Assembly: GCA_021813405.1 (NCBI GenBank)
Contig: JAKAKS010000039.1
Location: forward strand, 11,451-43,450
Reading direction: 5' to 3'
From: Nitrospirota bacterium
GTDB lineage: Bacteria > Nitrospirota > Thermodesulfovibrionia > Thermodesulfovibrionales > JdFR-88
Length of the DNA: 32,000 bases
Below the pieces are notes generated by a model. It ran no database searches and was not told the DNA's origin. It saw only the letters and a list, made by a program, of their open reading frames with translations. The position numbers were made by a program, and so were the translations under genes. Shown in pieces: positions 24,990 to 32,000 of the stretch; the stretch's first letter is position 1; every line of letters begins with the position of its first letter.

Positions 24990-25077
24990 GGGAAATTCCA
25001 GGCGGCTTTGAACAGATTGAACGGAGGCGGCGTTTAAGCCCCCGGAAATAAAGGGAAATTTCAAAAAGCTTTGAACA
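24990..25077. repeat. 25-nt imperfect direct repeat pair upstream of xerC
   Basis: GGGAAATTCCAGGCGGCTTTGAACA (24990-25014) versus GGGAAATTTCAAAAAGCTTTGAACA (25053-25077): 20 of 25 identical, 63-nt period. A third TTGAAC lies at 25017-25022. Confidence 0.6.
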
Positions 25078-25096
25078 TTAAAAAAAGGGCTGGCAG

Positions 25097-26020
25097 TTGC
25101 ACGAAAAAAGCGCGGAGCTTATAAAGAAATTCCTCAGGTATCTTGAGGTGCAGAAGGGCGCGTCCGCGCACACCCTGCGGGCATATGAAGGCGACCTGGA
25201 GGCATTCTTCAACCTGTGGAAGATAGAGCCAAAGGACGTCACCCTTTCGGAAGTAAGGGCATTCGTGGCGTCCAAAATAACAAAGGGGGCAAAGAAAAGC
25301 TCCGTTGCCCGCGAGCTTTCATCCATACGGGCATTCTTCAAATTCCTTGTGCGGGAACGCTACCTGGAGGCCAATCCGGCCAAGCTGGTCCCGCTTCCGA
25401 AGCTGGAGAAAAAACTGCCCTCCTACCTTACCGTGGACGAGGCGTTCGGGCTTGTTGAAAGCCCGGAAGGGGGTAACTTCAAGCCGGTAAGGGACAGGGC
25501 CGTGCTGGAACTGCTCTATTCCAGCGGCCTGCGCGTCAGCGAGGTTTCCACGCTGGATATTGACGACCTCAATTTCAGCGAGGGGCTTGTGAAAGTGCGC
25601 GGCAAGGGGAAAAAAGAGAGGATCGTGCCCGTGGGCGGCAAGGCGCTTGCGGCGATCAAGCTGTACATGAATGCGCGATATAAGGTTAGGGCCGGCACGC
25701 GCAAGACCAAAAATCCCCCGGCGCGGGATACCAGCACGCCGCTTTTCATAAACAGGCTGGGCGGCAGGCTTACGGAGCGGGCGGTTAGGCGCGCCGTGGT
25801 GGAAAACGCGCGGAAATCGCTGCTGGGCAAAAGGGCCTCCCCGCATACATTAAGGCACACGTTTGCCTCGCACCTGCTGCAATCCGGCGCGGATTTGAGA
25901 GTGATACAGGAGCTGCTTGGCCATTCCAGCCTCTCCACAACCCAGAGGTATACCCACCTGGACCTTGCCCATCTGATGGAGGTATACGACAAGGCCAACC
26001 CGCTTGGCGACGAGGAGTAG
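25097..26020 (+). CDS. xerC: Tyrosine recombinase XerC/XerD family
   Basis: 307-aa ORF. N-terminal SAM-like domain (FLRYLEVQKGASAHTLRAYEGDL). Catalytic region LLYSSGLRVSEV, HTLRHTFASHLL, LGHSSLSTTQRYTHL. TTG start. Confidence 0.9.
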   Translation: MHEKSAELIKKFLRYLEVQKGASAHTLRAYEGDLEAFFNLWKIEPKDVTLSEVRAFVASKITKGAKKSSVARELSSIRAFFKFLVRERYLEANPAKLVPLPKLEKKLPSYLTVDEAFGLVESPEGGNFKPVRDRAVLELLYSSGLRVSEVSTLDIDDLNFSEGLVKVRGKGKKERIVPVGGKALAAIKLYMNARYKVRAGTRKTKNPPARDTSTPLFINRLGGRLTERAVRRAVVENARKSLLGKRASPHTLRHTFASHLLQSGADLRVIQELLGHSSLSTTQRYTHLDLAHLMEVYDKANPLGDEE

Positions 26021-26060
26021 TTTTATCTATCAGCCCCGTTTTTGTTAAACTAAATCTCCC

Positions 26061-26789
26061 ATGGATTTAATGCCCTTTTGCATAAGCGCCAAGACGATAC
26101 CGGACGCATGGTTCCAGCTTGTATATAACCTGTTCGACAGGGCCTACGAGCAGAAGATACAGAAGGGCTCTTTTGAAAACGAGCAGTACAGGCTCCAGTA
26201 CCCCTCCATGGCGGTGCACATAGAACGCCCCTGGGAAGACATGGTGCCGGTGATGCCGCCGGGCTCATCCATCCCTGCGCCCACCTCAATGGATTACATC
26301 GAGGACTATTTCGCAAATTACCTTATGGACCCGCAGCTTGCGGAGAACGAGACATACAGGTACTCCTCCAGGATACATAACCCGATGCCTAAAGGGGGCA
26401 CACAGTTTGAGCGCGTTATTGAGATGCTAAAGGAAACCCCGCTAACCAATCAGGCAGTTGTAGAGATAGGAGCCCCAACAGACCTGGACGTTTGCATCGG
26501 AAATGACGGCAAGCTGGACCCGCCTTGTTTACGGCTGCTGGACTTCAAGGCCGTGCCATCTGAAGTGAATAATCTTGTGCTAACCGTCTCCTGCTATTTC
26601 CGGTCGTGGGACCTGTGGGCCGGATTCCCCACAAACCTTGGCGGTATAGAGCTTTTAAAGCAATACGCCGCCCAGGAGGCCGGGCTTCAAAACGGCCCAA
26701 TGTACGCTTACAGCGCCGGCGCGCACATTTACGGCTACCAGGAAGACCTGGCCAGGCTGCGCACGCTCCGGATTAAAAAACCGCAATAG
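26061..26789 (+). CDS. Thymidylate synthase (ThyA) fold protein, short archaeal-like type
   Basis: 242-aa ORF. The nucleophile context LDPPCLRLLDF corresponds to ThyA PCH. FRSWDLWAGFPTNLGG corresponds to ThyA RSxDxxxGxPFN. SAGAHIY corresponds to ThyA GDxHxY. It is shorter and more divergent than bacterial ThyA. Confidence 0.7.
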   Translation: MDLMPFCISAKTIPDAWFQLVYNLFDRAYEQKIQKGSFENEQYRLQYPSMAVHIERPWEDMVPVMPPGSSIPAPTSMDYIEDYFANYLMDPQLAENETYRYSSRIHNPMPKGGTQFERVIEMLKETPLTNQAVVEIGAPTDLDVCIGNDGKLDPPCLRLLDFKAVPSEVNNLVLTVSCYFRSWDLWAGFPTNLGGIELLKQYAAQEAGLQNGPMYAYSAGAHIYGYQEDLARLRTLRIKKPQ

Positions 26790-26794
26790 CTTCA

Positions 26795-26817
26795 GTCATT
26801 CCGGCTTGCCCGGAATC
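26795..26817. repeat. REP-like hairpin (intact copy)
   Basis: GTCATTCCGGCTTGCCCGGAATC. 7-bp stem ATTCCGG with CCGGAAT, 5-nt loop. It lies 6 nt after the thyA-like stop. Confidence 0.7.
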
Positions 26818-26850
26818 GTTCTCTATCTGGATTTTTGCTACACTCTGTTT

Positions 26851-27384
26851 ATGGGTTTTGCAGTGTGGATAACCGGGCTGCCCGGCAGCGGCAAAAGCTC
26901 CGTCGCGGAGGAGCTTAAAAGGAAATTCCCGGAGCTGGTGATACTGCGGATGGACGAGATGCGCAAGTTTGCCACCCCTGCCCCATCCTATTCCGAAGCG
27001 GAAAGGGAGGTGATTTACGGCAGTCTGGTTTTTGCCGCCCGGAAAATATCGTCACTGGGGCACGGCGTGATTATAGATGCAACCGGCAACCTGCGCAGGT
27101 GGCGGGAGCTTGCCAGGCGCAACATACCCAATTTTGCGGAAGTATACCTTTACTGCCCTGTTGAGTTATGCATGCAGAGGGAGAGGGGCCGGGCGGGGGC
27201 GCACTCCGCGCCCGTTGGCATTTATGATAAAGCAAAGCAGGGCTGGCCGGTGCCCGGCATTAATGTCCCCTACGAGGAACCCGAAAACCCGGAGTTGACC
27301 ATAGACACCGGGCGCCTGTCTGTTGAAGAAGCAGCGCGGCTTGCGGAAGCTCTGATTAAAAAACTATCTGATGGCCCCGCTTAA
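26851..27384 (+). CDS. P-loop kinase, adenylylsulfate-kinase (CysC)-like
   Basis: The start is taken at ATG 26851, because the track start at 26806 lies inside the REP hairpin. Walker A ITGLPGSGKSSV. LRMDEMR...YSEAEREVIY...GVIIDATGNLRRWRE...FAEVYLYCPVELCMQRE parallels the APS-kinase layout LDGDxxR...FSxxDR...SPxxxxR...FxEVxxxxP. Confidence 0.65.
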   Translation: MGFAVWITGLPGSGKSSVAEELKRKFPELVILRMDEMRKFATPAPSYSEAEREVIYGSLVFAARKISSLGHGVIIDATGNLRRWRELARRNIPNFAEVYLYCPVELCMQRERGRAGAHSAPVGIYDKAKQGWPVPGINVPYEEPENPELTIDTGRLSVEEAARLAEALIKKLSDGPA

Positions 27385-28569
27385 GCTTAACCGGTCCACA
27401 TGCTCTGCTTTTTTAATCAGTTCCCGAGCCTGGCCCACCTTTTCCCATATGCCGCACATCATCGCCCCGCGCACCCTGCCGTCTTCAAGGTAATAAACAG
27501 TGCCGGTTTCGTTCTCCTTTGTCCAGTCAGCGTATGTTTCAAGCCTGGCGTCCACATCGCCTACGGCCTCATACCCAAACTCGAACAGGTCGGAGAAGAA
27601 GTACGGCATGTAATCGTACCGCTCGTGCGCGCCAGCCATATTTCTGCCGGCCTGTTTTCCCTGGTTAAGCGCGTTGTCCCAGTGCTCCAGGCGCACCCTT
27701 TTGCCAAGGGCCGTGTAAGGGAAATTGGCGATATCTCCGGCAGCGTATATGCCCGGGCTGGAGGTTTCCAGGTATTCATTAACCACAATTCCGTTTTCGA
27801 TGCCCAGGGATGCGCTTTCGGCCAAACCGGCCTCGGGTGTTATCCCGATACCGGCAATTACGATTTCAGAATTTATGAGCCTGCCCTTGCCGGTGCGTAC
27901 CGCAAAACTTTTGCCTTTTCTCTCAATCGATGCGGGAGTATCCCTGTTTATTATGTTTACTCCGCGGTTCATGAATTCCTGCTGCACGGCATTGCCAAGG
28001 TAATCTGGAAACACCCGGTCCACAATATAATCACCAGGGAAAAGCATGGTCACATTCACGCCGTTAACGGAGAGAGCGGCAGCAATCTCCGAGCCGATAA
28101 ACCCTCCGCCGATCACCGTTGCGCTTGCCCCCTGCACGCTCTTTTGCCTTGTGGAAAGGTAATCGTCCAGAGTCCTGAAGTAGCACACGCCCTCCAGTTC
28201 ACCACCAGGGATGGAAAGCCTTCGCGGGATGCCGCCCGTGGCTATCAGGAGTTTTTTGTATAAATGGCTTTCGCCCTTTTCATCCATCACCGTTTTTTCC
28301 CGTGCATTCATAGAAACGATTTTTCTGCCTGTAAGCAGTACCACGCCGTTGTCGTCATAATACTTCCGGTCCTTTATGAATATATCCTCAACTTTTTTCT
28401 TGCCGAACCACAGCTTTTTTGTAAGCGGAGGCCGGTCGTATGGAAGGTGCTGCTCCGCCCCGGCAAGGAGGACAGGGCCGTTTTTGTCTAGTTCCCTAAT
28501 GCCCGCCACGGCCGATGCCCCTGCCAATCCGCCGCCTATTATGATGTACTCATATGCCCTTGCAGCCAT
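27364..28569 (-). CDS. FAD-dependent pyridine nucleotide-disulfide oxidoreductase (ferredoxin/rubredoxin reductase or AIF-like)
   Basis: 401-aa ORF. FAD GxGxxG motif YIIIGGGLAGASA, second dinucleotide site VIGGGFIGSEIAA, AAGDIANFP. Its 3' end overlaps the convergent kinase gene by 21 nt. Confidence 0.85.
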   Translation of the reverse strand: MAARAYEYIIIGGGLAGASAVAGIRELDKNGPVLLAGAEQHLPYDRPPLTKKLWFGKKKVEDIFIKDRKYYDDNGVVLLTGRKIVSMNAREKTVMDEKGESHLYKKLLIATGGIPRRLSIPGGELEGVCYFRTLDDYLSTRQKSVQGASATVIGGGFIGSEIAAALSVNGVNVTMLFPGDYIVDRVFPDYLGNAVQQEFMNRGVNIINRDTPASIERKGKSFAVRTGKGRLINSEIVIAGIGITPEAGLAESASLGIENGIVVNEYLETSSPGIYAAGDIANFPYTALGKRVRLEHWDNALNQGKQAGRNMAGAHERYDYMPYFFSDLFEFGYEAVGDVDARLETYADWTKENETGTVYYLEDGRVRGAMMCGIWEKVGQARELIKKAEHVDRLSLSGAIR

Positions 28570-28736
28570 ATCGCACCTCCTTATAAAAATCCTTATGCAA
28601 TTGTATCAGTTTTGAAATAGTTTAAAAGCGTCTGGGCTTTTTCCATTCAATTAATCTTATTAATTTTTTGGACCTTTTTTGCCTGGCGGCCTGATTGGAA
28701 TTGCCGCGCCCATAGCGTAATCGGTTAAAATGTCAG

Positions 28737-30458
28737 ATGCCTTCAATCAGGGTGCTTCCGTTGGAGATAAGAGACAGGCTCAGGGCCGGAGAGGTCATAG
28801 AGCGGCCTGTCTCAGCGCTTAAAGAACTCCTGGAAAACTCCATAGATGCCGGGGCCACCCGCATAAGGGTGGACATCTCCGGCGGCGGGAAACGGCTTCT
28901 CAGGGTCTGGGACGACGGCTGCGGCATGGCCCCGGAAGATGCCCTCCTGAGCCTGGAAAGACACGCCACAAGCAAGATATCAGACTCGGAGGAACTGGAT
29001 TGCATCAGAACGCTTGGCTTCAGGGGAGAGGCGCTGCCATCAATTGCGCTTGTAAGCCGGTTCAGGCTGGATACCGCCCTGCGGGGCTCCGGCGAGGGCG
29101 TAAGCATAGAGGCCGAAGGCGGGCGGGTGATATCCACCAGGCCATCCGCTGCATCGGGCACCGCCATAGAGGTAAATGACCTTTTTTTCAACACTCCGGC
29201 CAGAAAGAATTTCCTGAAATCCGATACCGCCGAGAACGCCAGGATGCTGGACATAACGACAAAATACGCCATGGCGCATCCGGCAATAGGTTTTACCGTG
29301 TTTGCCGATGGTAAGGAGAATATGGCTTTCCCCCCGGCCGCCGATGAAAGGGAAAGGCTGGCACAGATATACGGCGCGGAATTTCTTGATGGGCTTCACG
29401 ACCTGCAGGCAAAAACAAAGGGGATTTCACTAAGGCTTTTTTTGTCCAAAGAGGGCAACTGGCGGGCAAGCCGCTCCGGCCAGTTACTTTTCATAAATGG
29501 AAGGCCGGTAAAAGACAACTCGCTTACTTACGCGGTATATGCAGCGCATGCCGGGCTGCCATCCGGAAAGCACCCGGTCTTTTTTATCTTCCTTTCGGTG
29601 GACCCGGCCCTCATAGATGTAAACGTGCACCCAAGGAAAGAGGAGATACGCTTCAGGGACAAGGACGCGGCGTACAGGTTTTTAATGCGGTCTGCCAGGG
29701 ACGCGCTTGCTTCAGGCGCTTCCTCCACGGTTATCGTAAGGCCGCGGGAAGCAGTATGGATACCGTCTTCGCCCGGAAGCGGCCAACCGGGGACTTCCGG
29801 CTTTCAGACCACAGGCAATGCAGGTGCTGATTATCTTAAGGCGTCCGAAGCGCCAGCTGCATTGCCACTTATGCCTGAAAAAAAGATGCAGTGCGGATAT
29901 ATCCATCTGGGCGGGGCTTTTTCAGCGTGGTCCGAGGGCGACGGCGTTACGATTATAGACCGGCACGCCTGCCATGAACGCGTGCTTTATGAGAAGCTGT
30001 TAAAAAGCGGTCCAAATGCGCCTGGCAATCTCCTATTTCCGCTTCGGATAGGGCTTGCCCCGCATGAATACTCCGTGATCACGACGAACCTGCCGCTTCT
30101 AAACGAACTGGACATCGAGGCCGAGGACTTCGGCGCTGGCAGCGTGCTTCTGCGGGCCGTTCCCGCCAGCCTAGCTGGCTCGCCGCTTTCAGCTTCCGAG
30201 TGGTGCAGTATCTTGTCAGACCTTGCTCATGAAATAAACGAGATGGGCAGCGCGGAGCCGGAGATGAAGAAGGCCGTTGCGGCCAGGCTTGCCTGCCACA
30301 GTTCCGTCCGCGGCGCCGAAGAGCTTTCTAGCGTGGAACTTGATAGGCTCCTTGAAAACCTGTTTTCCTGTGAGGACCCGTATCATTGCCCGCATGGAAG
30401 GCCCACGCTTATCAAGCTGGGCAAAGTGGACCTTGAAAAGATGTTCAGGCGCAAATAG
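28737..30458 (+). CDS. mutL: DNA mismatch repair protein MutL (endonuclease type)
   Basis: 573-aa ORF. GHKL ATPase motifs LKELLENSIDAGATRI, DDGCGM, LGFRGEAL. C-terminal endonuclease motif DRHACHERVLYE (DQHAxxExxxxE-like) and CPHGRPT. Confidence 0.95.
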   Translation: MPSIRVLPLEIRDRLRAGEVIERPVSALKELLENSIDAGATRIRVDISGGGKRLLRVWDDGCGMAPEDALLSLERHATSKISDSEELDCIRTLGFRGEALPSIALVSRFRLDTALRGSGEGVSIEAEGGRVISTRPSAASGTAIEVNDLFFNTPARKNFLKSDTAENARMLDITTKYAMAHPAIGFTVFADGKENMAFPPAADERERLAQIYGAEFLDGLHDLQAKTKGISLRLFLSKEGNWRASRSGQLLFINGRPVKDNSLTYAVYAAHAGLPSGKHPVFFIFLSVDPALIDVNVHPRKEEIRFRDKDAAYRFLMRSARDALASGASSTVIVRPREAVWIPSSPGSGQPGTSGFQTTGNAGADYLKASEAPAALPLMPEKKMQCGYIHLGGAFSAWSEGDGVTIIDRHACHERVLYEKLLKSGPNAPGNLLFPLRIGLAPHEYSVITTNLPLLNELDIEAEDFGAGSVLLRAVPASLAGSPLSASEWCSILSDLAHEINEMGSAEPEMKKAVAARLACHSSVRGAEELSSVELDRLLENLFSCEDPYHCPHGRPTLIKLGKVDLEKMFRRK

Positions 30459-31580
30459 ATGCCAGAGGCGGTTTACATAAGAAAAGCATCTTACGATTAC
30501 GACCGGCTGGAACCGGTTGTATTCGAGCTGCTGGAAGGCACGCTTGCCGGCCGTATAACGCCCGGAATGAATGTGATTTTAAAACCAAACCTCCTTGCCC
30601 CGGCTGCCCCCCAAACAGCCATTGCAACACATCCCCTTATTGTGAGGGCCGCGGCAGGATACGTGCTTTCAAAGGGCGGCAGGGTAACCATCTCGGACAG
30701 CCCGGCCATCGGCTCCTTTGAAAGGGTAATCAGCACAACAGGCCTCAAGGAGGCACTGAGCGGCCTGGATGTGGATTTCCGCCAATTCAAGACGTCAGCA
30801 GAGGTAGTTTCTGACGGGCCGTTTAAAAAGCTGGAGCTTGCCAGAGAGGCGCTTGAGGCCGGGCTTGTAATAAATCTGCCGAAGCTGAAAACCCATGCGC
30901 AGATGACGCTTACGGCCGGTGTGAAAAACCTGTTTGGCTGCGTAGTGGGGATGAAGAAGCCTCAATGGCACTTCCGCACCGGCGTGGACAGGCAGATGTT
31001 CGCCATGTTGCTGCTGGAAATTTACAAGGCAATCTCGCCGGCGGCCACGCTTGTTGACGGGATAATGGCAATGGAAGGGCATGGCCCGGGCAGAAGCGGC
31101 ACGCCGCGCCAGTTGGGGGTGCTTCTGGCCTCCAGAGATGCCGTCCGCCTGGACTGGGCCATATCAACAATGCTTGGGCTGGACCCAGAAATTGTCCCTA
31201 CCTGCAAGGCCGCAAAGGAGGCAGGGCTTGCCCCCGAAAATTTCATTGTAACCGGAGATGTCACGGCGGACACTTTACTGGCGGCTGATTTCAAGTTCCC
31301 GGATCCGGAGGGGCTTGTTTTTGGCCCTGGGCCGATGAAGGGATTTTTACGGAAACACCTTGTCAAGCAGCCTGTTGAGGACCCGGGCCTCTGCAAACTT
31401 TGCGGCGAATGCTGGAAATACTGCCCGGCCCACGCACTTGAGAAAAAAGGGCGCAGGCTTTCCTTTGACTACGAAAAATGCATAAGATGTTACTGCTGCC
31501 TGGAGGTGTGCCCGCAAGGGGCCATCTCCGCCAGACATACCCTGTTGGGGCTATTGATAGGAAAGTTATTCGGCAAATGA
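30459..31580 (+). CDS. DUF362 domain protein with C-terminal 2x[4Fe-4S] ferredoxin domain
   Basis: 373-aa ORF. DUF362-like N-terminus (VILKPNLLAP...THPLIVRA...ISDSPA...NLPKLKTH). C-terminal CKLCGECWKYCP and CIRCYCCLEVCP. The ATG directly follows the mutL TAG. Confidence 0.8.
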   Translation: MPEAVYIRKASYDYDRLEPVVFELLEGTLAGRITPGMNVILKPNLLAPAAPQTAIATHPLIVRAAAGYVLSKGGRVTISDSPAIGSFERVISTTGLKEALSGLDVDFRQFKTSAEVVSDGPFKKLELAREALEAGLVINLPKLKTHAQMTLTAGVKNLFGCVVGMKKPQWHFRTGVDRQMFAMLLLEIYKAISPAATLVDGIMAMEGHGPGRSGTPRQLGVLLASRDAVRLDWAISTMLGLDPEIVPTCKAAKEAGLAPENFIVTGDVTADTLLAADFKFPDPEGLVFGPGPMKGFLRKHLVKQPVEDPGLCKLCGECWKYCPAHALEKKGRRLSFDYEKCIRCYCCLEVCPQGAISARHTLLGLLIGKLFGK

Positions 31581-32000
31581 AAGAGGCGGGTGGTCCGGAC
31601 AGACAAAAAAGCGGTGATGGGTCTTATTCTGAAAAGCTGTATTTAAGCAATCTGGTGGTCCTTTTTGCCGGTTTCATATTTGGCCTTGCTGCGGCATATG
31701 CCTTTAATTCTATGGGGATTAATCCGTCAGGCAGCCTTGAAGAGGCAAGGAGGCTGGGGATAGCCAGCGCAACTACGCTCAGGGGCTATTCCAAAACAAA
31801 GGATGTTTTGACGTATGTCTCGGTTTTTGGCTTTCCCGTCCTGTTTTCATGTGCATTCTGGCTGCTATGGGCAAACACCGGCAGGCGGGCGGGCCTTGCC
31901 AGGATTTTAGAAGAAAAGGAAAGCGGCGGGCCGGATGTTTTTGGCGCGCACGGGGAACACCGCTGGTTCTGGCGGCTTGCCCTGCCGGCCATGATAGTCA
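31577..32000 (+). CDS. Hypothetical membrane protein (5' partial, runs off the window)
   Basis: Not in the ORF track because it has no stop in the window. ATG 31577 overlaps the DUF362 stop (ATGA). The frame stays open for 141 codons to the window end. TM-like segments LVVLFAGFIFGLAAAYAF and VSVFGFPVLFSCAFWLLW. Confidence 0.5.
   Translation, partial: MKEAGGPDRQKSGDGSYSEKLYLSNLVVLFAGFIFGLAAAYAFNSMGINPSGSLEEARRLGIASATTLRGYSKTKDVLTYVSVFGFPVLFSCAFWLLWANTGRRAGLARILEEKESGGPDVFGAHGEHRWFWRLALPAMIV

Noticed and set aside
25097-26020. xerC as evidence that the neighbouring genes form an integrated mobile element
   Set aside because: The protein looks like a housekeeping XerC/XerD (SAM-like N-domain and a canonical catalytic motif set). 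I saw no flanking direct repeats of att length, tRNA target, integrase-excisionase pair or phage/conjugation genes.
27400-28263. 287-aa plus-strand ORF antisense to the FAD oxidoreductase
   Set aside because: The opposite strand carries clear GxGxxG FAD/NAD motifs. This ORF has no recognisable motifs and is a shadow frame.
31786-31992. 68-aa minus-strand ORF at the window end
   Set aside because: It is antisense to an open plus-strand frame (31577 onward) that starts with an ATGA overlap and encodes TM-like helices. The minus-strand product is Arg/Pro/Ser-rich with no start context.

Overview
This is a 32-kb, tightly packed chromosomal window from a moderately GC-rich bacterium. The taxon cannot be named from sequence alone. 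A selenocysteine formate dehydrogenase, FmdE, QueH and a DUF362 Fe-S protein suggest an anaerobic lifestyle. I call about 34 protein-coding genes. I saw no rRNA, tRNA, CRISPR array, transposase or phage genes.

Left third (minus strand): one long operon, yggS-proC-yggT-divIVA-hisS, ending in a HAMP/PAS/GAF sensor with no recognisable output domain.

Middle (plus strand):
- a DUF4382-like lipoprotein with a Met/Gly-rich tail
- two tandemly duplicated exported rhodaneses
- a start/stop-overlapping queH-DUF2905-spoIID/lytB-queA chain
- the conserved phoH-pgpH-ybeY-dgkA block, with dgkA fused to a PAP2 phosphatase
- a formate dehydrogenase alpha subunit, followed by fmdE-like and MoeA/MogA-like genes. 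Its two track ORFs (16887-17945 and 17958-19574) are one gene joined by an in-frame UGA selenocysteine codon with a SECIS hairpin.

Right third:
- a three-gene minus-strand operon of exported proteins that I cannot assign to a known system: a Cys-rich/coiled-coil protein, a small beta-propeller-like protein and an ankyrin+TPR lipoprotein. It is bracketed by the two longest non-coding regions in the window (346 and 489 nt).
- xerC
- an archaeal-type ThyA-fold gene with a CysC-like P-loop kinase
- an FAD oxidoreductase
- mutL abutted to a DUF362/ferredoxin gene

The best candidate for an undescribed system is the envelope operon at 21730-24607. The ThyA-like/kinase pair and the exported rhodanese pair are secondary candidates. 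All functional calls rest on motif recognition by eye; no database searches were run.
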